DNA of 28,093 bases, taken from the IMG/VR virus record IMGVR_UViG_3300037541_000148, positions 1 to 28,093 of that record; one strand, written 5' to 3'. The notes under the pieces were generated by a model. It did no database searches. It saw only the letters and a program-made list of their open reading frames with translations, and had not been told where the DNA came from. The DNA comes from a virus. Lineage: Duplodnaviria > Caudoviricetes. Shown in pieces: positions 7,203 through 17,200 of the stretch. Each line of letters opens with the position of its first letter. The stretch's first letter is position 1. The position numbers and the translations under genes are program-made.

Positions 7203-10200
7203 ATGGCGCTTAATTTACCCGGAGATTGGAGTACATATAGTGGTGAAGAAAAAGTTAATTTCTTCAACACAATGGGTGTTACGCCGTCGCAACTTATAAG
7301 CGCAGGAGTACCTCAGAAAGACATCAACTGGATGTATGAGTTTGGTGGGTATAACGTTTATGACCCAGAAACCGAAGCGGTTACAGGTGTAAAGCCTCGG
7401 CAAGGTATTGAAACATTACTAACAACTTCTGCTCCTGTTATTACAACTGTTGCGCCAGTTATTACTACAGCAGCACCGGTTTATGTAGAACCCGTCTATA
7501 CATACGACCCTTGGAAAGAAAGCGAACAAGGTGGTTATGTAGAACCAACAACTATTGCACCTATTGTCACAACGGTAGCCCCTATTGTCACAACCGCTGC
7601 ACCAACAACTGCAACACCTACCACATTAGCACCGACTACAACGTTTACACCGACAGCCACGGTTACAACTCAAGCCCCATCAATAACTACAACCGTTGCA
7701 CCTGTTGTTACAACACTCCCGCCGGTTACAACTAATGCACCGGTAACAACATCTTCGCCTGTTGTCTATGAAGAAACTACGACATCAAGCACACAACCGG
7801 AAACTACAACTGTAATTCCATCCTATGGAACTGGTCCTTCAGTTACGGGTGTAACGCTTGATCAAAATCTTGTCAAACCGGTAGAAACAACTTATCGCGG
7901 CGTTCAAATACCAAAGTTTACAGACCGTACCGTATATACAGGTGGTGGTGAAGATTCGGGTATTTTTCAATCTGCCGAAGAACAATTGACAGCTTGGAAA
8001 ACGGAGCAAGACCGTCGAGCAGCATTAACGCCAGCACAACGTGCAATCGAAGATGCTAGGTATGTTGTTCAAGGGGAAGGATCTAATACTGAAGCATTTA
8101 ATCCTGTAACTCTTAATGGTCAAGAATGGACTGTCACGCCAGGTGGTGATTCACTTGTAAAGTTTTCACAAGATCAATCCGGTCTTGGCGAAAAACAATA
8201 CCGATATGAACTTTTGAATCCTGTTACAGGTCAGGTAACGCAACAAATTGGTGTTGAAGGTCCGGGTCTGTTAAGAAGTTTTCTGACAAATCCTGTAACC
8301 GGAATGATTTTAGGTTTAGCACTTCCTGGTGTTGGGCAAGCCATTGGTTCTGCATTAGGTGCAACTGGAGCAGCAGCAGGTGCTTTAGGTTCAGGTGTAT
8401 TGAATTTTGGTTTACAAGTTGCAACTGGTAAAGATCCTGTTGATGCCTTAAAAGGTGCGGTACTAAGTGCTGGCGCTGGCTTTGTAGGAACTCAAGTAGC
8501 TTCTATGTTGCCTAACGAATTAGCTGGAGCTGGTAAAAACGCTGTCACCCAACTTGTAACAACAGGAAAACTAGATCCAACAGTTTTAGCAACAAGCGTT
8601 GGAATGCAAACTGCAACCGATGCGTTAGCCGCTGAAACAGGAATGGATAAAGCTACGGCAAGTCGTCTTGTCAAAGCTGGTGTGACGGCAATAAGTGGAA
8701 ACGAAATTGGTGCGTTAACACAATTATTTAACGCGGCTGTCACAGGAATAAAACCATCTACACAAACTGATGCACAAACTACTGCTGCGCCAACATTATT
8801 AACAGAAACGCAAGCATCAGATCTTCTTAAACTTGGCGGCTTTGATACATCGAAAGATGATCCAGTAGCGCAAGCAATCATAAAAAATCTTTCTGGTACA
8901 GAGTACGCGCAAGCATTACCAGTAGGCACACCTACAACAACAATTATCCAAGATGGATTCATTCGTTCGTTGCCGCAGTTAGTACAAGAGGCTGCAAACG
9001 ATCCAACGATGCAAAGATCGTTATGGGGGAGGATGATTGATTTTGCAAAAGGTTTGGGAACGGATGCGCTTGCTCGAGTAGGCGCGGCTGCTGCAACACT
9101 GTTTTATTCACCTAATTTAAATACAGGTGAACAAGAAGCTTTAGATCGTATTAAACAAGAAGCAGCAAACAACAAAGACTTGGCTAACGAGATTCAAAGA
9201 CTTCTTAACCGAGTCCCTGCACCGACGGCTAATCAAAGTGCAAATGACGTTACGCAACTTGTTATACGTTCAACAAGATTGTTTGATCCAAACGTCACGC
9301 CAGAAACAGAAAAAGAAGTTGTACCTTCTGATGATCCTGATTGGGAAGAATTTAAGCGGCGCATTCTAAATCCTGCGGAACCATCTACAACGGCTGCGCC
9401 GACCACGCCTACACCAACAACTAAAGTACCAGAAACTAGTGCGGCTCCAACAACAACTGCTGCACCTACTACGCAACCTGCAACAACAAAAGCTCCTAGC
9501 ACCACACAAGCACCATCGACAACTCAAAAACCGTTTAATCCGTACGACCCAACTACATGGCCTGATCCGGAAGCCGATCCTGTTTTTAACCCAGCAGATC
9601 CAAAAACATGGCCTGAAGAAAATACGACTGCTGCGCCAAAGCCGTATGACCCTAGTAAACCCTTGTTTGATCCAAGAGATCCAACTACATGGCCTGATCC
9701 GGACGCAAATCCAGCATTTGATCCAGCTAATCCAAAAACATGGCCGGATACCAATGTTCCACCAAAAACAATACCAACGACGGGATTACCACAAACAACG
9801 GTAACACCTGCAACAACTGCTGTACCTACGACGAAAGCGCCAGTTACTACACAACAGCCAGCAACAACACAGGCTCCTTCAACGACGGCGCAACCCGCTA
9901 CAACGCAAGCACCTGCAACTACAGCGCAGCCAGCCACAACGCAAGCACCTGCTACAACCGGTCAGCCCGCAACAACGCAAGTTCCAGTCACCACAGTAAA
10001 ACCGTCTGAGCAACCTGAAGTTACGCCATCGACTACTGGAATGCCTTCGACTACCCAAGCTCCTGCAACGACAAGTCAACCATCAACAACTCAAGCACCA
10101 GCTACGTCACTAGCACCAGCAACGTCTTTGGCCCCGGCTACGACCGTGTCTCCTGTGACGACAGCGTTTCCAGTAACAACGATCGAGCCAGCAACAACAG

Positions 10201-10751
10201 TAATTACACAAACAACAATTAAGCCTGAGATAGGGACAACTGGTGTTCCAACGACAATTCCAGCAACGACTGGCGTTCCAACAACAGTTCCACCTACAAC
10301 TGAAGCCCCAACGACAATACCGCCAACCACGATAGAGCCTACAACCACAGTTAGTCCTACGACGATTGCACCAACTACAGTTGCTCCAACAACAGCGGCA
10401 CCAAGAGTTACGATTGCGCCTACAACAACGCCGTCAACGCCAGGACAAATGGCATGGCCCATGGCACAAGCGGCAGCAGCGGCGTTTGGTATGCCTCAGC
10501 TAGCGAATGTCTTTTATTACGGCAAAGAGTTTGGCTCAAAGAAACAGAAGCTAACCAAAGAAGGAACCATCGAGGAAGAAGAGTACAAACCTCTCAGTGT
10601 CACGCAAGCTGGAGCAGAACCAGAGCAACTTGCAGAACAGATTGAAGGTAAACAGAAAAGAGAGGAAAATTCTGTTGATCAAGTACTTAGGGCCGTCGAT
10701 GACGATAACTTATCTTTTGACGACTTAATACGAATTTTGCGAGGGCAGTGA
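7203..10751 (+). CDS. Large Thr/Pro-rich low-complexity protein, putative internal virion/ejection protein
   Basis: 1182-aa ORF with two Thr/Pro/Ala-rich tracts flanking a Gly/Ala hydrophobic core (PVTGMILGLALPGVGQAIGSALG...); lies in the virion operon. Confidence 0.7.
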   Translation: MALNLPGDWSTYSGEEKVNFFNTMGVTPSQLISAGVPQKDINWMYEFGGYNVYDPETEAVTGVKPRQGIETLLTTSAPVITTVAPVITTAAPVYVEPVYTYDPWKESEQGGYVEPTTIAPIVTTVAPIVTTAAPTTATPTTLAPTTTFTPTATVTTQAPSITTTVAPVVTTLPPVTTNAPVTTSSPVVYEETTTSSTQPETTTVIPSYGTGPSVTGVTLDQNLVKPVETTYRGVQIPKFTDRTVYTGGGEDSGIFQSAEEQLTAWKTEQDRRAALTPAQRAIEDARYVVQGEGSNTEAFNPVTLNGQEWTVTPGGDSLVKFSQDQSGLGEKQYRYELLNPVTGQVTQQIGVEGPGLLRSFLTNPVTGMILGLALPGVGQAIGSALGATGAAAGALGSGVLNFGLQVATGKDPVDALKGAVLSAGAGFVGTQVASMLPNELAGAGKNAVTQLVTTGKLDPTVLATSVGMQTATDALAAETGMDKATASRLVKAGVTAISGNEIGALTQLFNAAVTGIKPSTQTDAQTTAAPTLLTETQASDLLKLGGFDTSKDDPVAQAIIKNLSGTEYAQALPVGTPTTTIIQDGFIRSLPQLVQEAANDPTMQRSLWGRMIDFAKGLGTDALARVGAAAATLFYSPNLNTGEQEALDRIKQEAANNKDLANEIQRLLNRVPAPTANQSANDVTQLVIRSTRLFDPNVTPETEKEVVPSDDPDWEEFKRRILNPAEPSTTAAPTTPTPTTKVPETSAAPTTTAAPTTQPATTKAPSTTQAPSTTQKPFNPYDPTTWPDPEADPVFNPADPKTWPEENTTAAPKPYDPSKPLFDPRDPTTWPDPDANPAFDPANPKTWPDTNVPPKTIPTTGLPQTTVTPATTAVPTTKAPVTTQQPATTQAPSTTAQPATTQAPATTAQPATTQAPATTGQPATTQVPVTTVKPSEQPEVTPSTTGMPSTTQAPATTSQPSTTQAPATSLAPATSLAPATTVSPVTTAFPVTTIEPATTVITQTTIKPEIGTTGVPTTIPATTGVPTTVPPTTEAPTTIPPTTIEPTTTVSPTTIAPTTVAPTTAAPRVTIAPTTTPSTPGQMAWPMAQAAAAAFGMPQLANVFYYGKEFGSKKQKLTKEGTIEEEEYKPLSVTQAGAEPEQLAEQIEGKQKREENSVDQVLRAVDDDNLSFDDLIRILRGQ
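9531..9746 (+). repeat. Intragenic duplication encoding four F[DN]Px[DN]PxTWP motifs
   Basis: PFNPYDPTTWP, VFNPADPKTWP, LFDPRDPTTWP, AFDPANPKTWP. The 23-mer ccaactacatggcctgatccgga occurs at 9549 and 9681, 132 nt apart. Confidence 0.85.
9805..10145 (+). repeat. Degenerate 18-nt / hexapeptide tandem repeats (PATTQA, PATTAQ, PATSLA)
   Basis: Translation QPATTQAPSTTAQPATTQAPATTAQPATTQAPATTGQPATTQVP and APATSLAPATSLAPATT; synonymous positions have diverged. Boundaries approximate. Confidence 0.8.
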
Positions 10752-10752
10752 A

Positions 10753-11607
10753 ATGGACGACGATAGCGTTACATACGACACAAGCATCTATGATGATAAT
10801 GATTTAGAAGCGGGTGACCCTTATGGAGGCGATCCTTTTAGCACTTCGACCTCAGATAACCTAAACCTTTCTGACTATTTCAAATCGCTTCCAAGTGATG
10901 TAACTGGCTCGGGATCACTAAGCGACATAATCAAGGGTATAGGTTCTTTATTTGCCGGTACATCTAGTCTTGGAAAAGGCGGTCAACTGGCGGGTTTATT
11001 AGGAGCCGCCGCACTAGCCAACAAAATGTTTGGAAGTAGTGGTGGTGGTTTTGCAGGTTATCAGGGTGGTATACCATCCTATACCGCTTCGCGTACGATG
11101 AATACTATCCCTACCACCATGACTGTTCCAAAGACCGGTGGTGGAACGCAGGTTGTACCAAGGCGTCCAGGGTCAGGTGGTATTACATACTTTAGCCCTA
11201 TGACTTACACCTTGAATCCAGCAACTACTACTTCTACTGTCACCGGTGGAGCAGGAAACGATACCGTTTCAGGAGGTAACGATACGGTACAGGGTGGCGC
11301 AAGTGGCGGGATTATGTCGTTACGTAATGGTCACCTTGGATCTTATTCAGACGGTGGACAACTGTTACGCGGCCCCGGAGATGGAGTGAGTGATGATATT
11401 CCCGCAACCATCGCAGATAAACAGCCTGCTAGATTGGCTGATGGAGAATTTGTTATCCCTGCCCGAATTGTTTCTGAATTGGGTAATGGTTCTACAGAAG
11501 CTGGGGCAAGGAAACTTTACGCCATGATGGATAGGATTAAGAAAGCTAGACGTAAAGCCAAAGACATTGCCGCTGATACTAAAACTGATCGTTATTTGCC
11601 GAGGTAA
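10753..11607 (+). CDS. Putative internal virion protein
   Basis: C-terminal GPGDGVSDDIPA......ARLADGEFVIPA motif, a pattern known from tape-measure and internal virion proteins; acidic N-terminus. Confidence 0.7.
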   Translation: MDDDSVTYDTSIYDDNDLEAGDPYGGDPFSTSTSDNLNLSDYFKSLPSDVTGSGSLSDIIKGIGSLFAGTSSLGKGGQLAGLLGAAALANKMFGSSGGGFAGYQGGIPSYTASRTMNTIPTTMTVPKTGGGTQVVPRRPGSGGITYFSPMTYTLNPATTTSTVTGGAGNDTVSGGNDTVQGGASGGIMSLRNGHLGSYSDGGQLLRGPGDGVSDDIPATIADKQPARLADGEFVIPARIVSELGNGSTEAGARKLYAMMDRIKKARRKAKDIAADTKTDRYLPR

Positions 11608-11609
11608 AT

Positions 11610-12434
11610 ATGGCTACCACTTCTACTCCTGCCGCTGGTACATCGACTCAGTCCACTCTTTCAGATTGGGCTGGTCAGTACGTCACTGACATGCTAGGTA
11701 AAGCGCAAGCTTTATCTGATCAAGACTATCAGGTCTATGGTGGGCCAATGACTGCTGGGGAATCTGCCCTTCAGTCAAAATACTTTTCAGGCTTAGGTGG
11801 ACTTACGTTTCCTACGCAGTTAGGACAAAGCTTTTCGTCTTCGACGGCACCCACTTTACCCACTGCTACGGGACCAGCAGGATCAACTTCGCCGACAGGT
11901 CCGGCAGCGCAGTACATGAACCCTTATTTACAGGCTGTGCTGGCTCCTCAGTTAGAAGAGCTGCGTAGACAATCAGGAATAACCCAACAAGGATTGGCAG
12001 GCAAGGCCGCACAAGCAGGGGCATTTGGTGGAACTAGATTTGGTTTACAAGAAGCTGAAAACCAAAGAAACCTGATGCAGGAAATGAATAAAACCATTGG
12101 TACGGGGTATGCGAATGCCTATGACAAAGCCATGCAACAATTCAATACTGAGCAAGGACAGGCAAAGACCTTGGCTGACATGATTGCTAGCGCAGGCGCA
12201 CAACAACGCGGCATCGAACAAGAAGGTATTACAGCGGATTACAACGAGTTTCTTGCACAAAGAGACTATCCGTTGAAACAAGTTCAATTCTTGCAGTCTA
12301 TGTTGCAAGGACTACCCATTTCGACAATGTCTACTTCTCAAGCACAGCAGTCTGGTATTGGCCAGTTGGCATCGACGGCTGGCGCATTAGGTTCAACTTA
12401 CGACTTGTTGAAGAAATTAGGCGTTATTGGTTAA
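11610..12434 (+). CDS. Putative DNA ejection / pilot protein
   Basis: Gln/Ala/Gly-rich helical protein with QYMNPY, AAQAGAFGGTR and YP..Q.QFLQSMLQGLP motifs; RBS GAGG upstream. Confidence 0.7.
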   Translation: MATTSTPAAGTSTQSTLSDWAGQYVTDMLGKAQALSDQDYQVYGGPMTAGESALQSKYFSGLGGLTFPTQLGQSFSSSTAPTLPTATGPAGSTSPTGPAAQYMNPYLQAVLAPQLEELRRQSGITQQGLAGKAAQAGAFGGTRFGLQEAENQRNLMQEMNKTIGTGYANAYDKAMQQFNTEQGQAKTLADMIASAGAQQRGIEQEGITADYNEFLAQRDYPLKQVQFLQSMLQGLPISTMSTSQAQQSGIGQLASTAGALGSTYDLLKKLGVIG

Positions 12435-12444
12435 GGAAATAGCT

Positions 12445-14208
12445 ATGAACCTTGTTCAAATTCAAGAGCGACTTAAGGACATGCCGCTTCAGGCGGTCAT
12501 GCAGTATGCCAACGGCATGAATCCGGACGTACCTCCGTACCTTGCGCTTGGTGAATTGAACCGTCGTAAGAAGATGGAACAGGCTATGCAACCTGCGGAG
12601 ATGCCGCAGGGTACAGTCAAAGAACAACTTGAAAATGAAGTCGGTCTTGCTGCGTTGCAAAAACAATTAATGAATCAATTGCAGACCCAAGGCTTGCGCC
12701 AACAACAAGCGGCGATGAGTCAGGGTCAGCAGATGGCGCAAATGCCTGGGCCAGCACCTCAAGGCGTACCACAGCCAGAGACTGCTGAGATGCCTGAAGA
12801 AATGGCAGGTGGTGGTGTAGCGTCGATCTCGGTTCCTGATGATCAGTTTGAATTTGGATCGGGTGGGATCATTGCGTTTTCCAGTGGGTCGCCTGGAAGA
12901 AAGATTCCGCAATCTGAACTTGATATAGATCCTTTGGGTGTTTCTGTGGAAGGAACAGAAGCTTATTTGGCGAAGCTTGCAAAAGAAGCAGAAGAAAAGA
13001 AAAAGGAAGAAGAAGCAATTCGTGCAGAGTTTCTTGAAAGAGTAGGCGCGCCAAGGGTATCAACGCCATCGGCTGAAAAACCGTCATCTCCGAGGATGGA
13101 ACAACGTTTTCCTCCTGGCCCTCCTCCGCAAGCGACGCAAGGAATTGGTACGTCTACACAAGCACCACCTAGAGGTCCGTCGGTACAAGCGCCAGCCACG
13201 CAAGGCATAGCCACGGTTGCACCTCAGCCTATTGCTGAAACCCCAGCGATGCAAGCCTTAAAAACATCTATTCCTCAACAACAACCGACCACTCTTCAAA
13301 GCTATGAAGAGGAATTGAAAAAGGCGGCTGAAAAGGATCCTTATCTTACAAAGCGTCCTGGCGAAAAGCTCGAGCAATATCTGGCTACGCTTGAACGTCG
13401 CGACCGAGAAGATCAAGAACGTTTCCAACAGATGGAGAAAGATCGTACCAGATCTGCTTTATGGAAATCACTTATGGCTGCTGGTGAAGCATCTCGAGGA
13501 CAAAAAGGAATTGGCGCATTGCTCGGTGGTTTTGGCCGTACAGCAGGTGAAGAACTAGAATCCGGAAGAGTCCGCGAAGAAAAGCAAGCATTGTTGATGC
13601 GCGAGCGGGAAGCAAACCGCGTAAAAATGATGCAAGAAATAGAGACTGCTCGGATTGCTGCATCGAAAGGTGACTTTGCTGCCAAACGAGAAGCTGATAT
13701 GAATGCAGCTAAGTTTCAACAAAAAGATCGTGAGATCACAGGCCAACTGGTTACTAACCTTGCTCAGATTGAAGCTGCAAATGCAAGATCGTTTGCAGAG
13801 TTGCAAGCGCGAGCGGCGGAAGGAAAGCTTAACCGTGAAACTCAAATTATTGTTGCAAACATTAATGCTGCTTCTGCTAATCGTCCCGGAGAAGCTGAAC
13901 GCATCTTTGATGAATATCAGCGCAGGTTAAAAACTGATCCTTCTGGCAAACTGGCAGAAGAATATATGACTGCGATTCAGCGAGCAAAAGGTTTAGACAT
14001 ACGTGCCGGTGACGCAAAGACAAGGCAAATTGCAGCGCAAATGAAGCCTTTGCAAGAAGAACTGGAAAAACTTATAGCCAATCCAATGAGCATGAAAGAC
14101 CCGAGAGTCCAACAGCTCCGTTCAGAACTTGACAAACTTAGGCAACAGCTAGGAGGATCATCACAAGCGCCTTTAGGTTCAAGAGAAAACCCTATCCCAA
14201 TAAGGTAA
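12445..14208 (+). CDS. Putative internal virion / ejection protein (coiled-coil rich)
   Basis: ATG at 12445 preceded by AAGGAA. Gln/Glu/Ala-rich helices, Pro-rich linker, MAGGGVASI and FGSGGIIAF motifs. Confidence 0.7.
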   Translation: MNLVQIQERLKDMPLQAVMQYANGMNPDVPPYLALGELNRRKKMEQAMQPAEMPQGTVKEQLENEVGLAALQKQLMNQLQTQGLRQQQAAMSQGQQMAQMPGPAPQGVPQPETAEMPEEMAGGGVASISVPDDQFEFGSGGIIAFSSGSPGRKIPQSELDIDPLGVSVEGTEAYLAKLAKEAEEKKKEEEAIRAEFLERVGAPRVSTPSAEKPSSPRMEQRFPPGPPPQATQGIGTSTQAPPRGPSVQAPATQGIATVAPQPIAETPAMQALKTSIPQQQPTTLQSYEEELKKAAEKDPYLTKRPGEKLEQYLATLERRDREDQERFQQMEKDRTRSALWKSLMAAGEASRGQKGIGALLGGFGRTAGEELESGRVREEKQALLMREREANRVKMMQEIETARIAASKGDFAAKREADMNAAKFQQKDREITGQLVTNLAQIEAANARSFAELQARAAEGKLNRETQIIVANINAASANRPGEAERIFDEYQRRLKTDPSGKLAEEYMTAIQRAKGLDIRAGDAKTRQIAAQMKPLQEELEKLIANPMSMKDPRVQQLRSELDKLRQQLGGSSQAPLGSRENPIPIR

Positions 14209-14211
14209 GCC

Positions 14212-17200
14212 ATGCCGGTCTATGAATATCAAGGTCAACATTATGATCTCCCCGATACAGATCCGGCGCTTGCAAAGCAAAAGATCCTTGCGTATCTAGC
14301 CAAGCAACAACCACCGTCTAAACAACGTACCTACGGGGAAGCGCTTCAAGACATTGGAGCCGGTGTAGTCGGTGGTATTGGGTCGTTAGTTCAACTACCA
14401 GGCCAGCTTTATGGTTTGGCTACGGGTGATATGCGTCGTACCGGTGCATTAGGCGTTGGCAAAGATATTGAAGAATACGCAGAGACACTGAAGTCTGCTG
14501 GTCTTAAAGCCAGAGAAGAAGCAAGACGCAAAGCTATTGAAGAAGCCACCGCTAAGGAAGGACAGTTTGGTGCGTTTAAATCTGCATTCTCTGAGACGGT
14601 CAAAGATCCGGCATTACTGCTTACGTTCCTAGCCGAACAGGCTCCACAGTTACTTGTTCCTTTTGGCGCAGCAAAGATTGCGAAGGGTGTTACTGCCGCC
14701 AAGGGTGCAGAAGCCGCCGCACAGGCTGGCGTACGTGGTGCTATAGGTGCCGCTGGTGTTCAGCAAGGTGCCGACGTAGGCGCAGGTGCATATGAAAACA
14801 TTTACGCAGAACTAAAGTCTAAAGGCGCATCAGATAAAGAAGCGGCAGAAGGCGCATTGAATCTTGCTCGAGCAGCAGGCGCATCAGGTGCGATTATTTC
14901 TGTACTGGCTCAACGTCTACCAGGTGCGAAGGCGTTGGAAGAAACGTTTGCTGGTGTGCCGGGGACAGCAGGCAGGGCTGCTCGTGTAACTCGAGGTGCA
15001 TTAGGTGAAAGCGCAGGCGAGATAACCGAGGAAGTCGGCGGTCGTTTCGGTCAGAACCTAGCGATGCGGGAAGTCAAGCCAGAACAGTCTTTAACTGAAG
15101 GTCTGGGTGAGACTGCTGGTATGGCTGCTATTGGTGGTGGCTTATTAGGTGGCGTAGCAGGGTTGGCTCGTCGTCCTCAGCCACCTGAGGTGCCAGTTAT
15201 TGAGCCGCCTCCCCCTCCGCCTATTACGTCGCCAGAACAACAAAGAATTGAACAAACCACCGGCGTTGAAAGACCAGCCGCTGTAGGTATTGAAGGACTG
15301 TTATCGGCGGAAGAAGCAGAACGTCAGCGCATTGCTATGCTTCGTGAGAGATCTGACGAAGCAGCAAGACAACAAGCTGAACGTGCAAGAACAGAAGGCG
15401 TTATAGGTGAGACGCAATTCCCTGTATCTGTACCTGAGACACCAAGGTTTGAACCAGAACCGGTTACTAAAACTCAAGAAGAACTTGCAGCGCAACAAGC
15501 TGAAGTAGATCGTCGTCGTCAAGAAGCAGGCCTTCCTACTGCGGCGCAACAACGAGCTGGTATCACCGAGGTAGAGAAACCAAAGATTGCTCAGAGTTCG
15601 CCCGTACCTAAGCTGGTAGACCCACGTCCGCTTACAGAACAACAAGCTAATGCAAGGCTTGGTGTTTTGAGGGACATGTTGTCTATTGAAGGTGGCGATC
15701 CTAATAGTCTTGGCATCGTTCCTCATCCTACCGTTCAAGGTAAGTTTGCAATCAAGTCATTTGACTTACCATTTAAGCTATCCCCAGAAACCCAAGCCAC
15801 GGCGTTTGGTACGCCAGAGAAACCGATAGTCATCGATCCGGTGGAAGCTTATGTCAATATTGCTAGACAGACTAATACGCCTGCGGCAAAAAGGTTTGTC
15901 AAAGACTGGGAAGCAGGACGTATCCCAAGAGAGGATGTTGAACGTGCGTTACAGACAGAACGTCAACTGTTGAGTCTGCCACCGCTAACATTCCTTGGAT
16001 CACCGGAAGCTAAGATCGCACAGCAACAGATCCCTGGACCGACGATACAACAAGTTCAAATGCCTAAGCCAAGGGGTGAGAGAGAACTGCCTCCACCCTT
16101 ACCGCCAAAAGCTGAACCTCCACCGGTAGAACCACCTCCCGTTGAACCACCAGCGGCAACTGGCCCAGTAAAAACGTTTGATGAATTCAAACAATCGTTT
16201 CCTGTGGACTACAACAGCGCTGAGATAGAGAAACTTCACTACGCTAAAGACTTTGGCGGCATCATTGATTACTTTAAGAATCATTCAAATCCAATCTATC
16301 GACGTGTTGCTGAATTAGCAGAACCCCTACGCAAGAAAGTAAAAATAGCGAGGCCTCAACTTATAGGCGGCAAAGGCCAGTATCAGCCTTCAAGAGATAC
16401 GATCACAATGAACCCAAGATTTGCGGGTAGCGAGAAGACGACCATTCATGAAATGGTTCACGCACTTGTAGTACATCAACAAATTTCGCCAGGACCGCAG
16501 TCACGAAAGTTTGTTCAAGAGATAAAGAAGTTGCGTGATTACGCGTACAAAGAATTAAAGAAACGCGGGAAACTTATTGACCCCAATACAGGATCTGTAT
16601 GGTATGCGTTTGATACTCGAACCGATCCGGGTAAAGTTGGTATTGAGTTTGTAACGGAGGCGTTAGCGTATCCAGAGTTTCAGTATGTGTTAATGCAAAT
16701 ACCTTACACACAATCTCAAAGTGTTTGGTCTAAGTTTGTTCAGTTAGTTGCAGATGTGCTTGGCATCCAAAACAAAACTGCATTAAGCGAAATACTTAGC
16801 CTTGTTGAAAGCCTGTCTCAAACGCAACGTCCTGGTTTTGGAAAAATTCCAGATATTGTATTTAAGAATCAATTTGATGTATTAGAAGGTGGAACAAATA
16901 CACCGGCTTTCAAACGTTGGTTTGGTAACAGCAAAGTTGTTGGCCCTGATGGTAAGCCGCTTGTCATGTATCACGGCACAAGCCGTTCAGAAAGTGGAGA
17001 ACCATTTAGCAAAGTTGATGTATACGCATCTAACTACGGCTTGATGGGTATGGGTGGTTATTTCACTGATAACCCAGAAGTGGCAAGCGAATACACATCC
17101 AAAGGTCGTGGAGAAACTCCAACTGTTTACCCAGTTTATTTGTCCATTAAAAATCCCATGGATATGGATGGTACTGCAAATGCAGAAGCATGGAAAAACC

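Noticed and set aside
9531-10145. Repeats as a possible CRISPR array or DGR template/variable repeat
   Set aside because: They are in-frame coding repeats with synonymous divergence, without unique spacers, adenine-specific variation or a reverse transcriptase in the window.
9233-10462. Val/Gly/Ala-rich minus-strand ORFs (9233..9505, 9524..9937, 10091..10462)
   Set aside because: Antisense shadows of the Thr/Pro-rich coding sequence.
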